Shown here piece after piece: positions 48,620 through 63,030 of a stretch of DNA of 64,000 nt. Both the position numbers and the translations under genes were made by a program. Source of the DNA: Octopus vulgaris (Eukaryota); NCBI GenBank assembly GCA_951406725.2, contig OX597820.1, positions 115,072,001 to 115,136,000 of the forward strand, in the 5' to 3' direction. Numbering within the stretch: position 1 is the stretch's first letter; every line of letters begins with the position of its first letter. Under the pieces are notes generated by a model. It did not search any database. It was not told where the DNA came from and saw nothing but the letters and a program-made list of their open reading frames with translations.

Positions 48620-51600
48620 CATCATCATCATCATCATTTTACGTCCGCTTTCTGTGCTGGCATGGGTTGGATGGTTTAACTGAGGACTGGTGAGCCTGAG
48701 GCTGCACCAGGCTCAATCTAATCTGGCAAAGTTTCTACAACTGGATGCCCTTCCTAACACCAACCACTCCAAGATTGTAGTGGGTGGTTTTACGTGCCAC
48801 CGGCATGAGGGCCAGTCAAATGCTTCTGGCAACAACCACACTTGAACATTGTTTTTCACGTGCCACCAGCACATGCTGGTAAAGCGACACTGGCAACAAT
48901 CACACTCGAATGGTGCTTTTCATGTGTCACCAGCACAGGAGATAATCCATGGCCCTGACAACGATCATGCTTGGATGTGCTTTTAACGTTCCACTGGCAC
49001 GAGTGCCAATCAGGTGGTACTGTCTTCGGCCACGTCAGCAATTTTGATTTTGATTTCACTTGCCTCAACAGGTCTTTGCAAGCAAAGTTTATTGTCCAAT
49101 GAATGAAGGGTACTCATAAGTGGGCCGGTTACACCCCACGTTCGGATATGCTTTTAATGTTCCACTGGCATGAGTGCCAATCAGGTGGTACTATCATCGG
49201 CCATGTCAGCAATTTTGATTTTGATTTCACTTGCCTCAATGTCTTCACAAGCAAAGTTAAATGTCCAATGAATGAGGGGTATTCATAAATTGGCTGGTTA
49301 TGCAGCACTGGCATAGGCCATGAGCTATAGTCTCACTTGGCTTTTCAGGTCTTCTCAAGCACAGCATATCTCCAAAGGTCCTGATCACTACTCATTGCCT
49401 TGGTAAGGCCCAATGTTCAAAGGTCGTGCTTCACCACCTCATCCCAGGTCTTCCTGGGTCTATCTCTTCCACAGGTTCCCTCAACCACTAGGGTGTGACA
49501 CTTATTCACACAGCTATCCTCATCCATTCTCGCCACATGACCATTCCAGCGCAGTCGTCTCTCTTGCACACCACATCTGATGCTTCTTAGGTCCAACTTT
49601 TCTCTCAAGGTACTTACACTCTGTCATGTATGCACACTGACATTACACATCCATCGGAGCATACTGGCTTCATTTCTTGCGAGCTTACGCATATCCTCAG
49701 CAGTCACAGCCCATGTTTCACTGCCGTGTAGCATGGCTGTTTGCACACATGCATCATACAGTCTACCTTTTACTCTGAGTGAGAGGCCCTTTGTCACCAG
49801 CAGAGGTAGGAGCTCTCCGAACTTTGCCCAGGCTATTCTTTCAGAACATCCATCCCTGCTACTGACTTGGACCCCTAGATAACGGGAGCTATCAACTACC
49901 TCTAGTTTTTCTCCCTGGTATGTGACAGAAGCTGTTCTCTGCACATTTGCAGTGTTTATCGCTCCTGAGCATCTGCCACATACAAAAACTATCTTCCCAT
50001 TTGGCCTCCCTTTGATATTGCTGCACCTCTTATGTGTCCATAGCTTACACTTGGTATATCTTATAGAGTTTCTACCTACACCTTTTCTACAGATCGAGCA
50101 GGGCCATCTACCTGAAGGGATTTGTGATTTGTCTACCTTCCTACTTATTAGGACTTTGGTTTTGGCTAGGTTGACTCTAAGGCCCTTCGATTCTAATCCT
50201 TGTTTCCACACCTGAAACTTCTCCAGTTCTGATAGTGACTCAGCAATTAGAGCAAGGTCATCAGCATAGGGGAGCTCCCAGGGGCATCTTATCTTGAATT
50301 CCTCTGTTATTGCCTGGAGGACTGTGATAAATAGGAGGGGGCTGAGGTCTGAACCTTGGTGGACCCCAACCTCTACCTTGAATTCTTCAGTCTACTCGTT
50401 GCCAACCTTCACCTTACTAGCAGCGTCCCTGTACATGGCTCGCACAGCTCTCACTAACCATTCATCTATCCCTAGTTTCCTCATTGACCACCAGATAAGG
50501 GATCGGGGGACCTGTCGAAGGCTTTCTCCATATCAACGAAAGCCAGGTACAGAGGTTTATCTTTGGCTAGGTATTTCTCCTGCAGCTGTCTTACCAGGAA
50601 TATAGTGGTGCTTTTCCCTGGCACAAACCCAAACTGCATCTCATCTAAACTGACTCTCTCTCTAATTAGTTGGGCTATGACCCTTTCCGTGACCTTCATT
50701 ACTTGATACCTCTGTAATTATTTGCATCTAAGGCGTCACCTTTACCTTTATAGCAGTTGACTATGGTGCTGCTACACCAGTCATTGGGTATGACTCCTTC
50801 GTGTATCACCTGGTTAACTATACAGGTGACTAGGCTATAACCGACACTACCAGATATTTTGAGCATCTCTGCAGTGATTCCTGATGGACCGGGGCTTTCC
50901 CTATCTTCATACCCTTAATTGCTTTATCTACCAAGGTACTGTCAACTCAGATAGCTGGTCCCTCTGTTGGGTCGACATTCGGCAGACTTTCTTTCTCCCA
51001 TTCATTCTCTTTATTAAGCAACCTTTCATAGTGGCGTCTCCAAACCTCTCTCTTTGCATCCTCATTTAATGTTTAATGCAAGTGAGCCATCATCCATGCG
51101 GACACATTTCTCTCCTATGACATCACAATTCTCTCTTACACACTGTCTTGCAACATGAAATACCTCAAGTCTTTGGTCCTCACAGCGCAGAACGATGCCA
51201 AATTTTTTCTTATGTGCTTTCTCTCTGGCTAAACAAAGCCATCACCTAGCTTCCCTTCTGGCAGTCTGATACAATTCCCTGCTACCTCCTTTCTTCCAGT
51301 CCTTCCAAGCCTATTTCTTTTCCCTAATTGTCCTGTCTACAACATTGTTCCCCCACCACGTTACCTTGGGACTTGGCACCATCAACAGATCTGGTCAGTG
51401 GCCCTCAGCAGGTTGTCCCATAGAAACCTCCAGTTGTCTTCCACATCATATGATGCTATATCCCCTTCTATTTTGTCAAACGCTTCGAGAAATATGTCTC
51501 TAAATCTCTGTCTACTCGCAGGATCTTTAAGCTTCCAGACCCTTCTCCTCCATGCTGATCGTCTTCTGGGCATCCATTTAACCCTGATCCTGAAGTCGCT

Positions 51601-52250
51601 AACTACTAGTGTAAGTTGTGGGGTACATTCTTTGCCTGGAAAGGTTTTGGCATTTATAAGCAGCCATCTTTCCCTTTTTCTGGCGAGGATGTAGTCAATT
51701 TGGTTAGTGTGTCTGCCAGATCGGTAGGTGACTAGGTGACTGGAAGGTGTCCTGAAGTTAGTGTTGCAAACCATAAGATCATTTGCATTGCAGAACTCCA
51801 GCCTGGGTCCCTCCTCATTGCGGGAACCAAAACCATAACCTCCATGTATGCCATTGAAGCTCCCTGCATGTTGTCCAACATGTCCATTGAAGTCACCAGC
51901 CACAAAGAGAGGGTCCCTGTCAGTCGTCAACGAGGTAGTCTGCAAGAGGGTGTCACAAAATCGGTCTTTCTGTCCATCATGTAGCTCCAGCTGAGGGGCA
52001 TAGGCTGAGATAATGGTAGCTAACTCATGCTGTACCACTAATCTAATCTTAAGTATTCTATCGCGTACTCTGACTACCTCGATTACCTTATCAATCCATT
52101 TCTCCGTAAGAAGTATACCTACACCCCACCCCCACCCCATAAGTATTCTCTGCCCAGAAAATCTTGTACCTGTGTTCTTTGCTTGTGAGGAACCTAGCAG
52201 AACCTCCTCTCTGCCTTACTTCTTGGAGGCAGCACAAATCTACACGTCTC
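48620..52250 (-). mobile_element. Near full-length RTE-clade LINE (APE endonuclease, RT, PHD), decayed
   Basis: CCLQEVR, GVGILL, SAYAPQ, GDFNGHVG, QIDYIL (APE); QFGFVPGKST, FVDMEKAFDR, YADD (RT); 3' UTR with duplicated block at about 48965-49300. Confidence 0.95.
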
Positions 52251-52479
52251 TATATATATATATATATATCCTGGAGTAAGCACATAAATGTGAAACAAGT
52301 TGGAAAAAAGAGTACTCAAATACTGACGAATGGGAATGTGAACTCCGAGTAACAGCTTTTGTTATATTTCTGCTGCTTTTAAATAAAGTATATATATATA
52401 TATATATATATTCATCCATCTTTACACACATACACATACATACATGCATGAATGTGTTCGTTCATTCATTCATGCATTC

Positions 52480-53372
52480 ATTCATGTTTTGAAGGATCCC
52501 TGTTGACCAAATCAATAGGTTATGTCTACCTATGTGAAGCAGATGCAATCACACCAGTTATATGAAAGAGCCTCTTTTGTGCCCTTCACGGAAAGAAGGT
52601 TCACATCCTCCTATATATTTACCAGTACATTTCAGCTCAGTGTATACAACCCTGTTATTCTTGAATAGCAATCAGATTCTTCCACAGCTTCATATCTGAT
52701 GCAAGATCTTCCCAGTTTTAGTAGAGATATTGATTTTTTTTTAAGTGTGTCTTTACGATTGTCTTTGTAATGTTTGCCTTGTTTGCACCAAGGATGTTTT
52801 CCTTGCTCCAGCTCGCCACATAGCACCTGTTTTGGTCTGTGGTTGTCCTCTAAACGGACAAGATGACCAGACCATCTAATTTGGTGTTTCATAATCATGG
52901 ACTTGATACTTGTCATTTTTGCCTGCTGCAGTACTGTTGTGTAGGTTACATGGGATCTTCAGGATATTAAGCAAGCAGCGCTGGTGGAATTGCTTGAGAT
53001 GTTGGATATGCTTATGGTAGCTTGTCCAGGTCTTGCAGCCATGCAACAGTGTTGTTAAGACACATGCTTGGTAGACCTCAACTTACATTGCTGCTTTGAT
53101 GTTCAGTTGCAACCAAAGCCTTAATTCAAGCTTTCCAAATGCATCACTGGCCTTGGAGAGTCTATAACTGACTTTATCAAGTGTATTCAATCTGGATGGT
53201 ATGCTACCAAGGTAAACAAATATATCCATGACTTTTAACTGTTTACCTTGACATATATTGATGAGATAGTTTGCCTGGTGCTGGTTGTAACATCACTACA
53301 GTCATCTTAGGACTGATTTCAATTCTAAGCTCATCACACACAACTGGAAAGCAGTCCGTTAGGAGCTGTGTC
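52480..53372 (-). mobile_element. BovB-like RTE LINE fragment
   Basis: [40 protein letters not shown] on the minus strand. Confidence 0.8.
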
Positions 53373-55299
53373 TCACTATAGAGGAAATACATGGCTACCC
53401 TACATTATGTAAGAGTGGAAGGGAGTAGCTGGAAGGAAGATAAAGATGATAGTGGTGGGATGCGGTGGCGGCGGGGGGGGGGGGGCATACTCTCAGATAC
53501 AAGTGAAGAAAGGAAAGAATATGGATAAAGAACTGATATGGGTAGGTGGATAAGTTCATTAGAATGTGAGAGAAGAGTGATGGATAGTTATGGGGGGAGG
53601 TGATGGTGTAGAAGTGAAAGTAGTTCATGGAAATAGGGTGGATGTGTGATCATTGGTAAATATCATTATGACAAGGGGAAGGCAACAGAATAGGAGTGGC
53701 TGAGGGAAGAGGAGGTAAGTGGCATTACAGGAAGGGAGGTGGGGAGAGAGAAAGACAGAGAGAGAGAGAGGGGGGATGTACAGTGACTGAGGTGGCTGTC
53801 AGAAATATGTGGAAGGGGCTATGGTGAGTGGGGACTAAGGAAGAGAGAAAGGGGTTTTAATGGCCAATATAACTTGGTGATGAGAGCAGATAAGAAAAAA
53901 TGATAAAGATGATGTAATGGCAGCCCTAAAACATATTTCAGAGGTACAGAAAGGGGTGATGGGTAGAAAATAAAGTGGGAAGGGATGAAATTGAGAATGA
54001 GGGATGGATTTTAAAATCCTGCTTACAGTGAAAAATCATTTCTTTTACTTCAATCAATACAGGCCGTCCTGTATGTAATACATGTTAGGTTATCCCAGAT
54101 GCTGTCCGTGGACTGCTTTTACTTATGAAACTTTAAGGAAGACAAGCTGCTGCTAGATCGTTGGTGTTCTCTGAAAATGCTGAGATTCTGCCAAAGAAAT
54201 ACATAATTTTTTTTATTTGTTTAACTGTTGTTAATCTGGCACTTTCAAGATTTGGGTTGGTTGGACTCTGTTTTACATTATTATTATTTTCTATGGTTGT
54301 TGTTATTGATATATTTATTTTATCTGTATTCTGTCATTCCTGTTGTGTTTCTGGGAATCTACATTTGGGGATGGTGGTGGAAATGGTGGTTGGTTGGTGA
54401 CAGCAGGAAAGAGAGGAGAGAAGAACCGATTTGCCAATTTCCTTTTGGCAAACAGAATATGATATTGTAACATTGAGTTTTGGTTGTTTTTTAGATGGAT
54501 GTTTAGCGGGAACAGTGATGGCAATGGAAAAACTGGTCATACAGGGGTGGTGGTGTTGACAGGCGGGATTGGCTATGATGGTGGTGGTGATGGTGATGGG
54601 GAGACTGGTCATAGTAGTGGTGGGGAGATTGGTTATAATGGTGATGATGGGGAAGATTGATCGCAGTGGTGGTGGTGTGGAAGATTGGTCGTAACAGTGG
54701 TGGTCATACTAATGAGGAAGCTGGTGGCGGTGAAAGTAGGAGTGGATCAAAAAGTATTTCATAGATATTACTAGAAGTATCTCTGTAGTGGCTGTCATGG
54801 GGAGATTTATGGGGATTTATTGTTTACTGTTAAACATTGAGTAGATTCATTTTTAAACTTGAACAAGTGGCGGGAAGTCTGGCTGGCATGTAAGTGGTTG
54901 CAGAGTGTGGGGGAAGAGTTTGTGAAATGTAGGAAAAGAGTAGATTGTCTGGACTAAACTATTATATTTAGTTATCCATTTGTTTTTGCAAGATTCTTGA
55001 TGTGAAATTGTGTGCTGAAACAGATTGTGTTATACTTGGGGACGATCTTATTTTGCCACTTAAATTCATGCACTGCATATTTGGTCTTCAGTTCAGCTTT
55101 ATTACTATTATTTTAGTTTCTTTGTCAAAACTCTTTTGTCACACCTCCTGTGACCTCTTTAACGACTCTCCATCCCATGTGTCTCCTCTTTTTCTGCCTA
55201 TTCTATTTTGTGATACCACAGCAATTCAAAATGGAATAAGCAGGACAAGAGGGGACATGTGAGATAAAGGATGCATGACGAAAGAGCCTAGACAAAGGA

Positions 55300-55518
55300 C
55301 ATCATCATCATCATCATTTAGCGTCCACTTTCCATGCTAGCATGGGTTGGACGGTTCAACTGGGGTCTGGGAAACCAGAAGGCTGCACCAGGCCCAGTCT
55401 GATCTGGCAATGTTTCTACGGCTGGATGCCCTTCCTAACGCCAACCACTCCGTGAGTGTAGTGGGTGACTTTTACGTGCCACTGGCACAGGTGCCAGATG
55501 GGGCTGGCAAACGGCCAC
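55300..55518 (-). mobile_element. RTE 3' UTR fragment
   Basis: (CAT)n plus conserved end. Confidence 0.85.
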
Positions 55519-56086
55519 TAAAATAAAAATAATAATAAAACTGAAGTGAAGACCAAATATATAGTGTGTGTGTTTAATTGGCAAAATATGGCCATCCTCA
55601 AGTATAATGATATCATATTAAAGGTTCTGTGAAATACAGGCAAGTAATAGAGTCTACAGCGAGATGCAACTCCTGATACCAACCATTTTACAGAGTATAC
55701 TGGGTGCATTTTTTCGTGACACCAGTGTTAGTGAGGTTGCCAAATGACTTGCAAGACAAGATTACTCAACTGTGGTGAGACAAGGAAAATGTGAGGAAAA
55801 GTTCTTGCATATCTGGGGTGGAACAAGGGTCAGGTGGGTTTGGCTGGAAAATCACTTGGGGAAAAAAATTGCGTCTTTGATGATATAAAAATGTAAGAGC
55901 AATAACATATTGGTTTCAAATTTTGGCACAAGGCCAGCAATTTTAGAAGAGGGGTAAGTTGATTACATCAACCTCACTTCTCAACTGGTACTTATTTTAT
56001 CGACCCTGAAAGGATGAAAGGCAAAGTCAACCTCTGTGGAATTTGGATTCAGAAGATAAAAATGGGACGAAATACCACTAATACCA

Positions 56087-56482
56087 ATAGGCGCAGGAGT
56101 GGCTGTGTGGTAAGTAGCTTGCTAACCAACCACATGGTTGCAGGTTCAGTCCACTGCGTGGCATCTTGGGCAAGTGTCTTCTGCTATGGCCCTGGGCCGA
56201 CCAATGCCTTGTGAGTGGATTTGGTAGACGGAAACTGAAAGAAGCCTGTCGTATATATGTATGTGTGTGTGTCTGTGTTTGTCCCCCTAGCATTGCTTGA
56301 CAACCAATGCTGGTGTGTTTACGTCCCCGTCACTTAGCGGTTCAGCAAAAGAGACCGATAGAATAAGTACTGGGCTTACAAAGAATAAGTCTCGGGGTTG
56401 ATTTGCTCGACTAAAGGCGGTGCTCCAGCATGGCCGCAGTCAAATGACTGAAACAAGTAAAAGAGTAAAGAGTAAAAGAGTA
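56087..56482 (+). mobile_element. SINE family 1 nested in a family 3 SINE (about 55905-56530, minus strand)
   Basis: Family 3 sequence resumes after the tail (AAGCATTTTCCCCAGTATGCTAATGATTC). Confidence 0.8.
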
Positions 56483-56597
56483 AGCATTTTCCCCAGTATG
56501 CTAATGATTCTACCTGCCCACCACCTTAAAGACCAGTAATATGTTGACAACAATAGAATCGTTTGTTCTCTTCCCATTCCCACTAATTATTTGCTGA

Positions 56598-56960
56598 AGA
56601 TAATAATAATGAGCTTATTGTATGCAGAGTACTGTGCTCAGGTGCACTACGTGTCAGAAAATATTGATAGAAGAAAGAGAAAACAGCCATTAGCAAAGTG
56701 AAAAAAGAAAGAAGTCGGTAATGAAGGCACAGTACACAGAATAAAACACAAAAGTTACAGAAAAGTGAACGGTAAAAAAGCCATAAAGAAATAAAGGTGC
56801 ACAGGCACATTAGGGGTAGTGTTTGGAAAGCATGCCCTGACAGCTAACAACCAGCAGGGATAGTTTATTCCTTGCTTCAGCAATTCTGAACATGAAAAAA
56901 TGTTTCTGAAATTAATGAATACTATGCTATTTTTTGATTTTATAAGCATATCCACAAGTT
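56598..56960 (-). mobile_element. Old CR1 3' fragment
   Basis: GTGCTCAGGTGCAC and (ATT)n tail shared with the 32551 copy. Confidence 0.55.
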
Positions 56961-57000
56961 GTAGCAGTATTTAATCCGAAAAGATGGCCAAAGTTGTTGA

Positions 57001-57520
57001 GAAGATGGTGGAAACGTTAGCACGCTGGGCGAAATGCTTAGCCGTATTTCATCTGCCGTTATGTTCGGAGTTCAAATTCCACCGAGGTCGACTTTGCCTT
57101 TCATCCTTTCGGGGTCGATTAAATAAGTACCAGTTACGCACTGGGGTCGAGATAATCGACTTAATCCGTTTGTTTGTCCTCTCTGTGTTTAGCCCCTTGT
57201 GTGTAGTAAAGAAATAGGTGGATATTCCTGTAGGCTTCTACCAAGTCAGAAGTAGGGCTTTACATCTTAGAATGAAATTGTTTTTAATATATTTTGGACT
57301 AGTTAAGGTGGCGAGCTGGTAGAAACATTAGCACACCAAACAAAACGTTTAGCAGCATTCATCCATCCTTACATTTTGAGTTCAAATCCTGCTACGGTTA
57401 ACTTTGCTTTTCATCCTTTTGGGATTGATAAAATGAGTACCAGTTGAGCACTGGGGTTGATGTAATTGACTTACCTCCTCCAGTAAACTTGCTGGTCCTC
57501 TACCAAAATTTAAAAACAAT
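57001..57520 (+). mobile_element. Two SINE family 3 copies
   Basis: 57001-57216 and 57305-57520. Confidence 0.8.
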
Positions 57521-58216
57521 ATTATTTTGAACTGGTTCTTGTGGTATGATAAGTTCTTAGTGAATAACATTTCTGGCCAGTCCTACTTTTAACTGGAGCC
57601 ATATAAATTTCAGCATCATACCAGTATAAACTTCTATACCAGTCATTACCTGGATAACCATCTACTAGCACCAAATACAATAAGGAACACTCAACTCATT
57701 TGCTTGATTGCTTCAAATAGCAGTCAAACCTCCTTCAAATCACACCTGACTATTTTGAAAAAAGTAAACAACACCTTGAATAAAGCAGTTCTACATATTC
57801 TGTTTGGGAAAAAATGTGGTGGTCATATGTGTCATGTCTTTGACTGGTCTGGGGCTAAGCAACAACCACTATAACCAAATGACAATCACTACATCACCGA
57901 AATGCAATTCATTTGTATGACATCATCAAACCAACTAATCTACTTAATCCACCCACACACCCATCCCCACATTTTCACACCTACACATACATACACGCAC
58001 ACGTCCATACCACCAGCCCTCTTTCACACACACATACATACTCTCTTATACACACACGCACCTTCATATTGGGGGTCATCTTTACTTTGTTATCTCCCCT
58101 ACTTCTATGCCTCTCGTGTGTGACCCTTCTGTCCGAAGTCAGTCGCCATGATAGATCGTTAGCCACTACACACATTTTTCTCTCTCCTTGTTTATCTCCT
58201 TGTTTTTTCTGTGTCC

Positions 58217-58252
58217 CTTTCTGTAGAAGAGCGTAGGCTCGAAATGTAAAAA
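58217..58252 (+). ncRNA. Degenerate minimal hammerhead
   Basis: cttt-CTGTAGA-a-gagc gtag gctc-GAAA-t-GTA-aaaa; A6>U. Confidence 0.55.
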
Positions 58253-58583
58253 ACTTTTTCTATTCCTGAGCGTTATACTAATACATCTGTTTGTTTTGTA
58301 CACCACCTGTCTTCGTCTTTTGTGTTTTTTTCGTAAACTCTCCCTAATCTACTTGATTATTGACCTGCTTAGAGATATTACCAATGCCAAACCTTTACCA
58401 GACAAACCTTATCACCACCACCACCACCACCACCACCAAACCATCATAACTACCACACTTTTAGTACTACTCATTGTATTTACCTCACCACTTCCACCAA
58501 TAACAACACTTCCCCTTCCATCACCATTGCCACAACCATCACAACTGCCACCACCACCACCATCACAACTACCACTTATATAT

Positions 58584-58998
58584 ATTTCTTTACTACCCAC
58601 AAGGGGCTAAACATAGAGGGGACAAACAAGGACAGACAAAGGGATTAAGTCGATTACATCGACCCCAGTGCGAAACTAGTACTTAATTTATTGATCCCAA
58701 AAGGATGAAAGGCAAAGTTGACCTCGGCGGAATTTGAACTCAGAACATAAAGACAGACGAAATACCTATTTCTGTACTACCCACAAGGGGCTAAACACAG
58801 AGGGGACAAACAAGGACAGGCAAATGGACTATGTCGATTACATCGACCCCAGTGCATAACTGGTACTTTATTTATCGACCTCAAAAGGATGAAAGGCAAA
58901 GTCGACCGCGGCGGAATGTTAACTCAGAACGTAACGAAAGACAAAATACCGCTAAGCATTTCGCCCAGCGCGCTAACGTTTCTGCCAGCTCACCACCT
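58584..58998 (-). mobile_element. SINE family 3 with a duplicated body
   Basis: Body repeated at 58584-58765 and 58768-58998. Confidence 0.85.
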
Positions 58999-59542
58999 AT
59001 AACTACCACTTATATATTCTCCTTATTGCTCTGTCTAAAGACAAAATATGGCATATCTATGTTGGATCAGATGTTGTTTAGCCCCAGGTAATACCTGAAC
59101 CATCAGACCTACAAAGATGTTCCAGCTGTGATCATGCAGTCTTTTAATTTTTCTTTTCTTTTCACACAAACTGCATTTTGTAACATGTCCTTTGCTTTTT
59201 TTTAAGACTGTACTGTCTAGTCTTTAAAAAAAGGCAAAGAAGGAAGATTTAACTGCTATTTGTAATAAGTCAGACATCTATATTGAGGCAGACTCCCTGG
59301 CTCAGTCTTGTATAGTGTATCAAGTCATTTAGGCCTTCTCTCACAAACTTGTGATCAAACATGTTCCAGCTTTGACCATTCCACTTTTTTCAAACATGAT
59401 GTCTCTATGACTACATTACTTGTGAAGGTTAAGTCTACAGATTATCTCTAGAAACTATGGCCAGCACTGATTTTCTTACAAGGTTTCGTATCTGAGACAC
59501 CTAATGTAAACAGCAGTAAGATCAAGGAGGAAAAATGGGTAT

Positions 59543-59592
59543 TGGGTATATATGACATATTTCGGGAATTTTTGCTCCTTCATCAGAACCCA
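59543..59592 (-). ncRNA. Minimal type I hammerhead ribozyme candidate
   Basis: Minus strand: tgggtt-CTGATGA-a gga gcaaaaat tcc c-GAAA-tatg t cat-ATA-taccca. Confidence 0.55.
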
Positions 59593-60228
59593 TCCAACCC
59601 ATTAACCATCCACAAACTCATTGCTTAAATAGCCACTAAATATAGCAGGGGATATATCAATTTTACATATAAAACACATTCCAGGAATGTGTTGAATATG
59701 TAAAATAGAAGTAGTAGTAGTATTAGTAGCAGTAGTGGCAGTGGTAGTAGTAGTAGTAGTAGTAGTAGCAGCAATATAAACAGTAACATAAAAAAAAAAC
59801 TAAGGGAGAGTAAATTTTGGCAAAAGACTAAGAATGAAAATTGTTCATTAAGGGCATTAGTCTGGCAGTTAACTTTCTTCAGTTATACTTTCTTGAGAAT
59901 ATTGTATTTCAGCCATTGATTTTGGAGACATATAATGGATATGGTGTACTTTGGTGCCTTTAACTATTGATATCTAATAATGGCACTGGAGTATGTTTTG
60001 GGAAATGACACTGTAGATATACAAGTATGTATTTTATCATTCCTGGAATGATGTGAAGCAAAGTTGTCCATGGCTAAACTCAACTAAACATAAACTCTAC
60101 ATTCTCTATAATCCATTGCCAGCTCATTTGAGTCTTGTTTGGGCATTCTTGCTTTTTAATCTGTTTTCAAAGAGTCAAAAATGCTAGAATTTCCTCTTCT
60201 TTGTTACTAAAATTGTCTAAATTATTCC

Positions 60229-60624
60229 TATAGGCGCAGGAGTGGCTGTGTGGTAAGTAGCTTGCTAACCAACCACATGGTTCCGGGTTCAGTCCCACTG
60301 CGTGGCATCTTGGGCAAGTGTCTTCTGCTATAGCCTCGGGCCGACCAATGCCTTGTGAGTGGATTTGGTAGACGGAAACTGAAAGAAGCCTGTCGTATAT
60401 ATATATGTATGTGTGTGTGTGTCTGTGTTTGTCCCCCTAGCATTGCTTGACAACCGATGCTGATGTATTTACGTCCCCGTCACTTAGCGGTTCGGCAAAA
60501 AGAGACCGATAGAATAAGTACTGGGCTTACAAAGAATAAGTCCCGGGGTCGATTTGCTCAACTAAAGGCGGTGCTCCAGCATGGCCGCAGTCAAATGACT
60601 GAAACAAGTAAAAGAGTAAGAGTA
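60229..60624 (+). mobile_element. SINE family 1, full length
   Basis: Head through tail present. Confidence 0.9.
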
Positions 60625-60989
60625 TATATATATATATGGTTTTTAGTTGAAACACTTCTCACTCGTCATTCCCAATGTCTTCTTTATATTTTACCATAAA
60701 CCCCAACATATCTTACATTACCCACCACTAAAAAATCTTCACATTTTTGCCCTCTAAGGCCCTATAGTTGAAGGAAGGTTTAAAAGCAAGGGTGAATTAA
60801 CAGATTACTAAATGCTGAGTCTTTCAGTAATATGATAGTGCTAATAAATAATGTCTACATGAGGCATGTGGTGTACATGTTGACTTCATTTCACACTTAG
60901 AATGACTTTACTTACTTCTCAGAAACATTTGAAAAAGATATGAATTGACATAGGCATGGCTGTGTGGATAAGAATTATAAACACATTGA

Positions 60990-61581
60990 TAAAATGCTTT
61001 AGGGCATTTCTTCCAGTTTTACATTCTGAGTGGAAATTCTGCAGAGTTCAGCTTTGCCTTTCATCCTCTTGGGGCTGGTAAAATATGTACCAGTTGAGTA
61101 TTGGGGTCGATGTAATTGACTTACCTGCTCCCCTAAAATTACTGGCCTTGTGCCAAAATTTGAAACCATTATTATTATAATAAAGGCGGCGATCTGGCAG
61201 AAACGTTAGCACACCGGGTGAAATGCTTAGCAGTATTTCGTCTGCCATTACGTTCTGAGTTCAAATTCTGCTGAGGTCGACTTTGCCTTTCATCCTTTTG
61301 GGGTCGATTAGATAAGTACCAGTTACGCACTGGTGTCGATATAATCGACTTAATCCATTTGTCTGTCCTTGTTTGTCCCCTCTGTGTTTAGCCCCTTGTG
61401 GGTAGTAAAGAAATAGGTATTTCATCTGTCACTACATTCTGAGTTCAGATTCCACTGAGGTCAATTTTGCCTTTCATCCTTTCACGGTCAATAAATTAAG
61501 TACCAGTTTCATAATGGGGTTGATCTAATCAACTGGTGCCCTCACACCAAATTTCAGGCCTTGTGCCTATAGTAGAAAGGA
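60990..61581 (+). mobile_element. SINE family 3 cluster
   Basis: Three bodies with the GCCTTTCATCCT motif. Confidence 0.8.
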
Positions 61582-62994
61582 TCATGATGATGATGATGAT
61601 GATGATGATGACATTTCATCAAGGTGAGAACTAACTAGATAGGTCTCACCTGTTATTGAAGTTGACATTCCATATCAGTTCCAACAGGGCTCTATTAGTA
61701 TTCAGTGTACTCTTAAGTAACCATACTGATAATATGTAAGAGAGAAACAGCAGCTGTAAACACCTTACTGACTTTTCAACTAACCTGATTTAAACTAGGA
61801 ATATTTTAAGATGATTTATGTAGATAGAAATAATGTAACCATAAACACATACACTCTCCCTCTCCCCCCCTCTCACTTACACACACATACACATAATGTT
61901 GCTTATCTTTTGCAATTTAAAAATTTCAACTTGTAGATATTTGCATAAATCTACTTGCTCCATAGTCGCTGATATTCAAGGTTCACTTGCTTTCATTGTC
62001 CTTATAACAGAAAATGGTAGGTAATCTTAATATATAAAACAGAGTTTGTGTGTGCATATGTTCCTTATGGATTTGAAAACTGAGTTACCAATTTTGACGT
62101 ATGAGGTATCAAAAGATTCAGTAATCTTTTGGCTACCAAATAAAGTATGATTTTTGTACAACAACTCTTTTTTACTACAAAAATAACCTTGAAAATGAGG
62201 TTTTGTTGCACAATTTTGAGGTATTTAGCTAACAGAGGCAACTCTGCTTGAACAGTAAGTCTTACACAGAATATAATGAGATAATGTTTAAAATACATGG
62301 AGTTTTACCAAGGAATGAAACTTTGAAGAGATACCGTCAACTTTATTAGTATTATTTACTAGATAATCTTTTAATGTGAAGTATGTTTTCCTGTTTTGTT
62401 TGATCCAGAGTTGCCTCTGATGTAGCAGACCCATTGCATCGTTCTTTTTTTTTCTTCCTGAAATACTGTAAATCTGTATCTTTCTTTTGATGAAAAAATG
62501 TGTATTAAGAGAGATTTGGCTGCTATTTGTAATAGCTCAAGTTACCACAGACACAACTCTGTGTGTGTGTTTTATTGTGGTGCAAAAAATATTTTTCTCA
62601 AAATATTTTGCACAATAATTTTTAAAGAAATCTGGACATCTTTCTTACTGCGAACCATTCAACTTCAAATTACAATTATTAATTGTTGGAAGTCAAATAG
62701 ACTGCAATGTACACATAGTGTTATTGTATAGGTGGAAGTTCAGCACAAAGTTTTGAACTCATTATCTTGTGGTTAGTAATGCATTACTTTAAATTTGAAG
62801 CCATTAAGTATTTTACTGGGTTTAGTCTTTCAGCTGTCGCCATGATGGGGTATCACCTTCAAAAATTCAATTGATCATACTGACCTCAGTACATATTTCA
62901 ATTTGGTATTTATTTTATAGATCTCTGCTTGATGAACTGCTAACCTTGAGACATACTGGGATACATTACTCGATTTAACAACAAATGTAAACAC

Positions 62995-63030
<36 letters not shown>

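Noticed and set aside
62065-62298. Possible hAT transposase C-terminal remnant (AKRLLNLLIP)
   Set aside because: Similarity too weak to support by eye; needs a profile search
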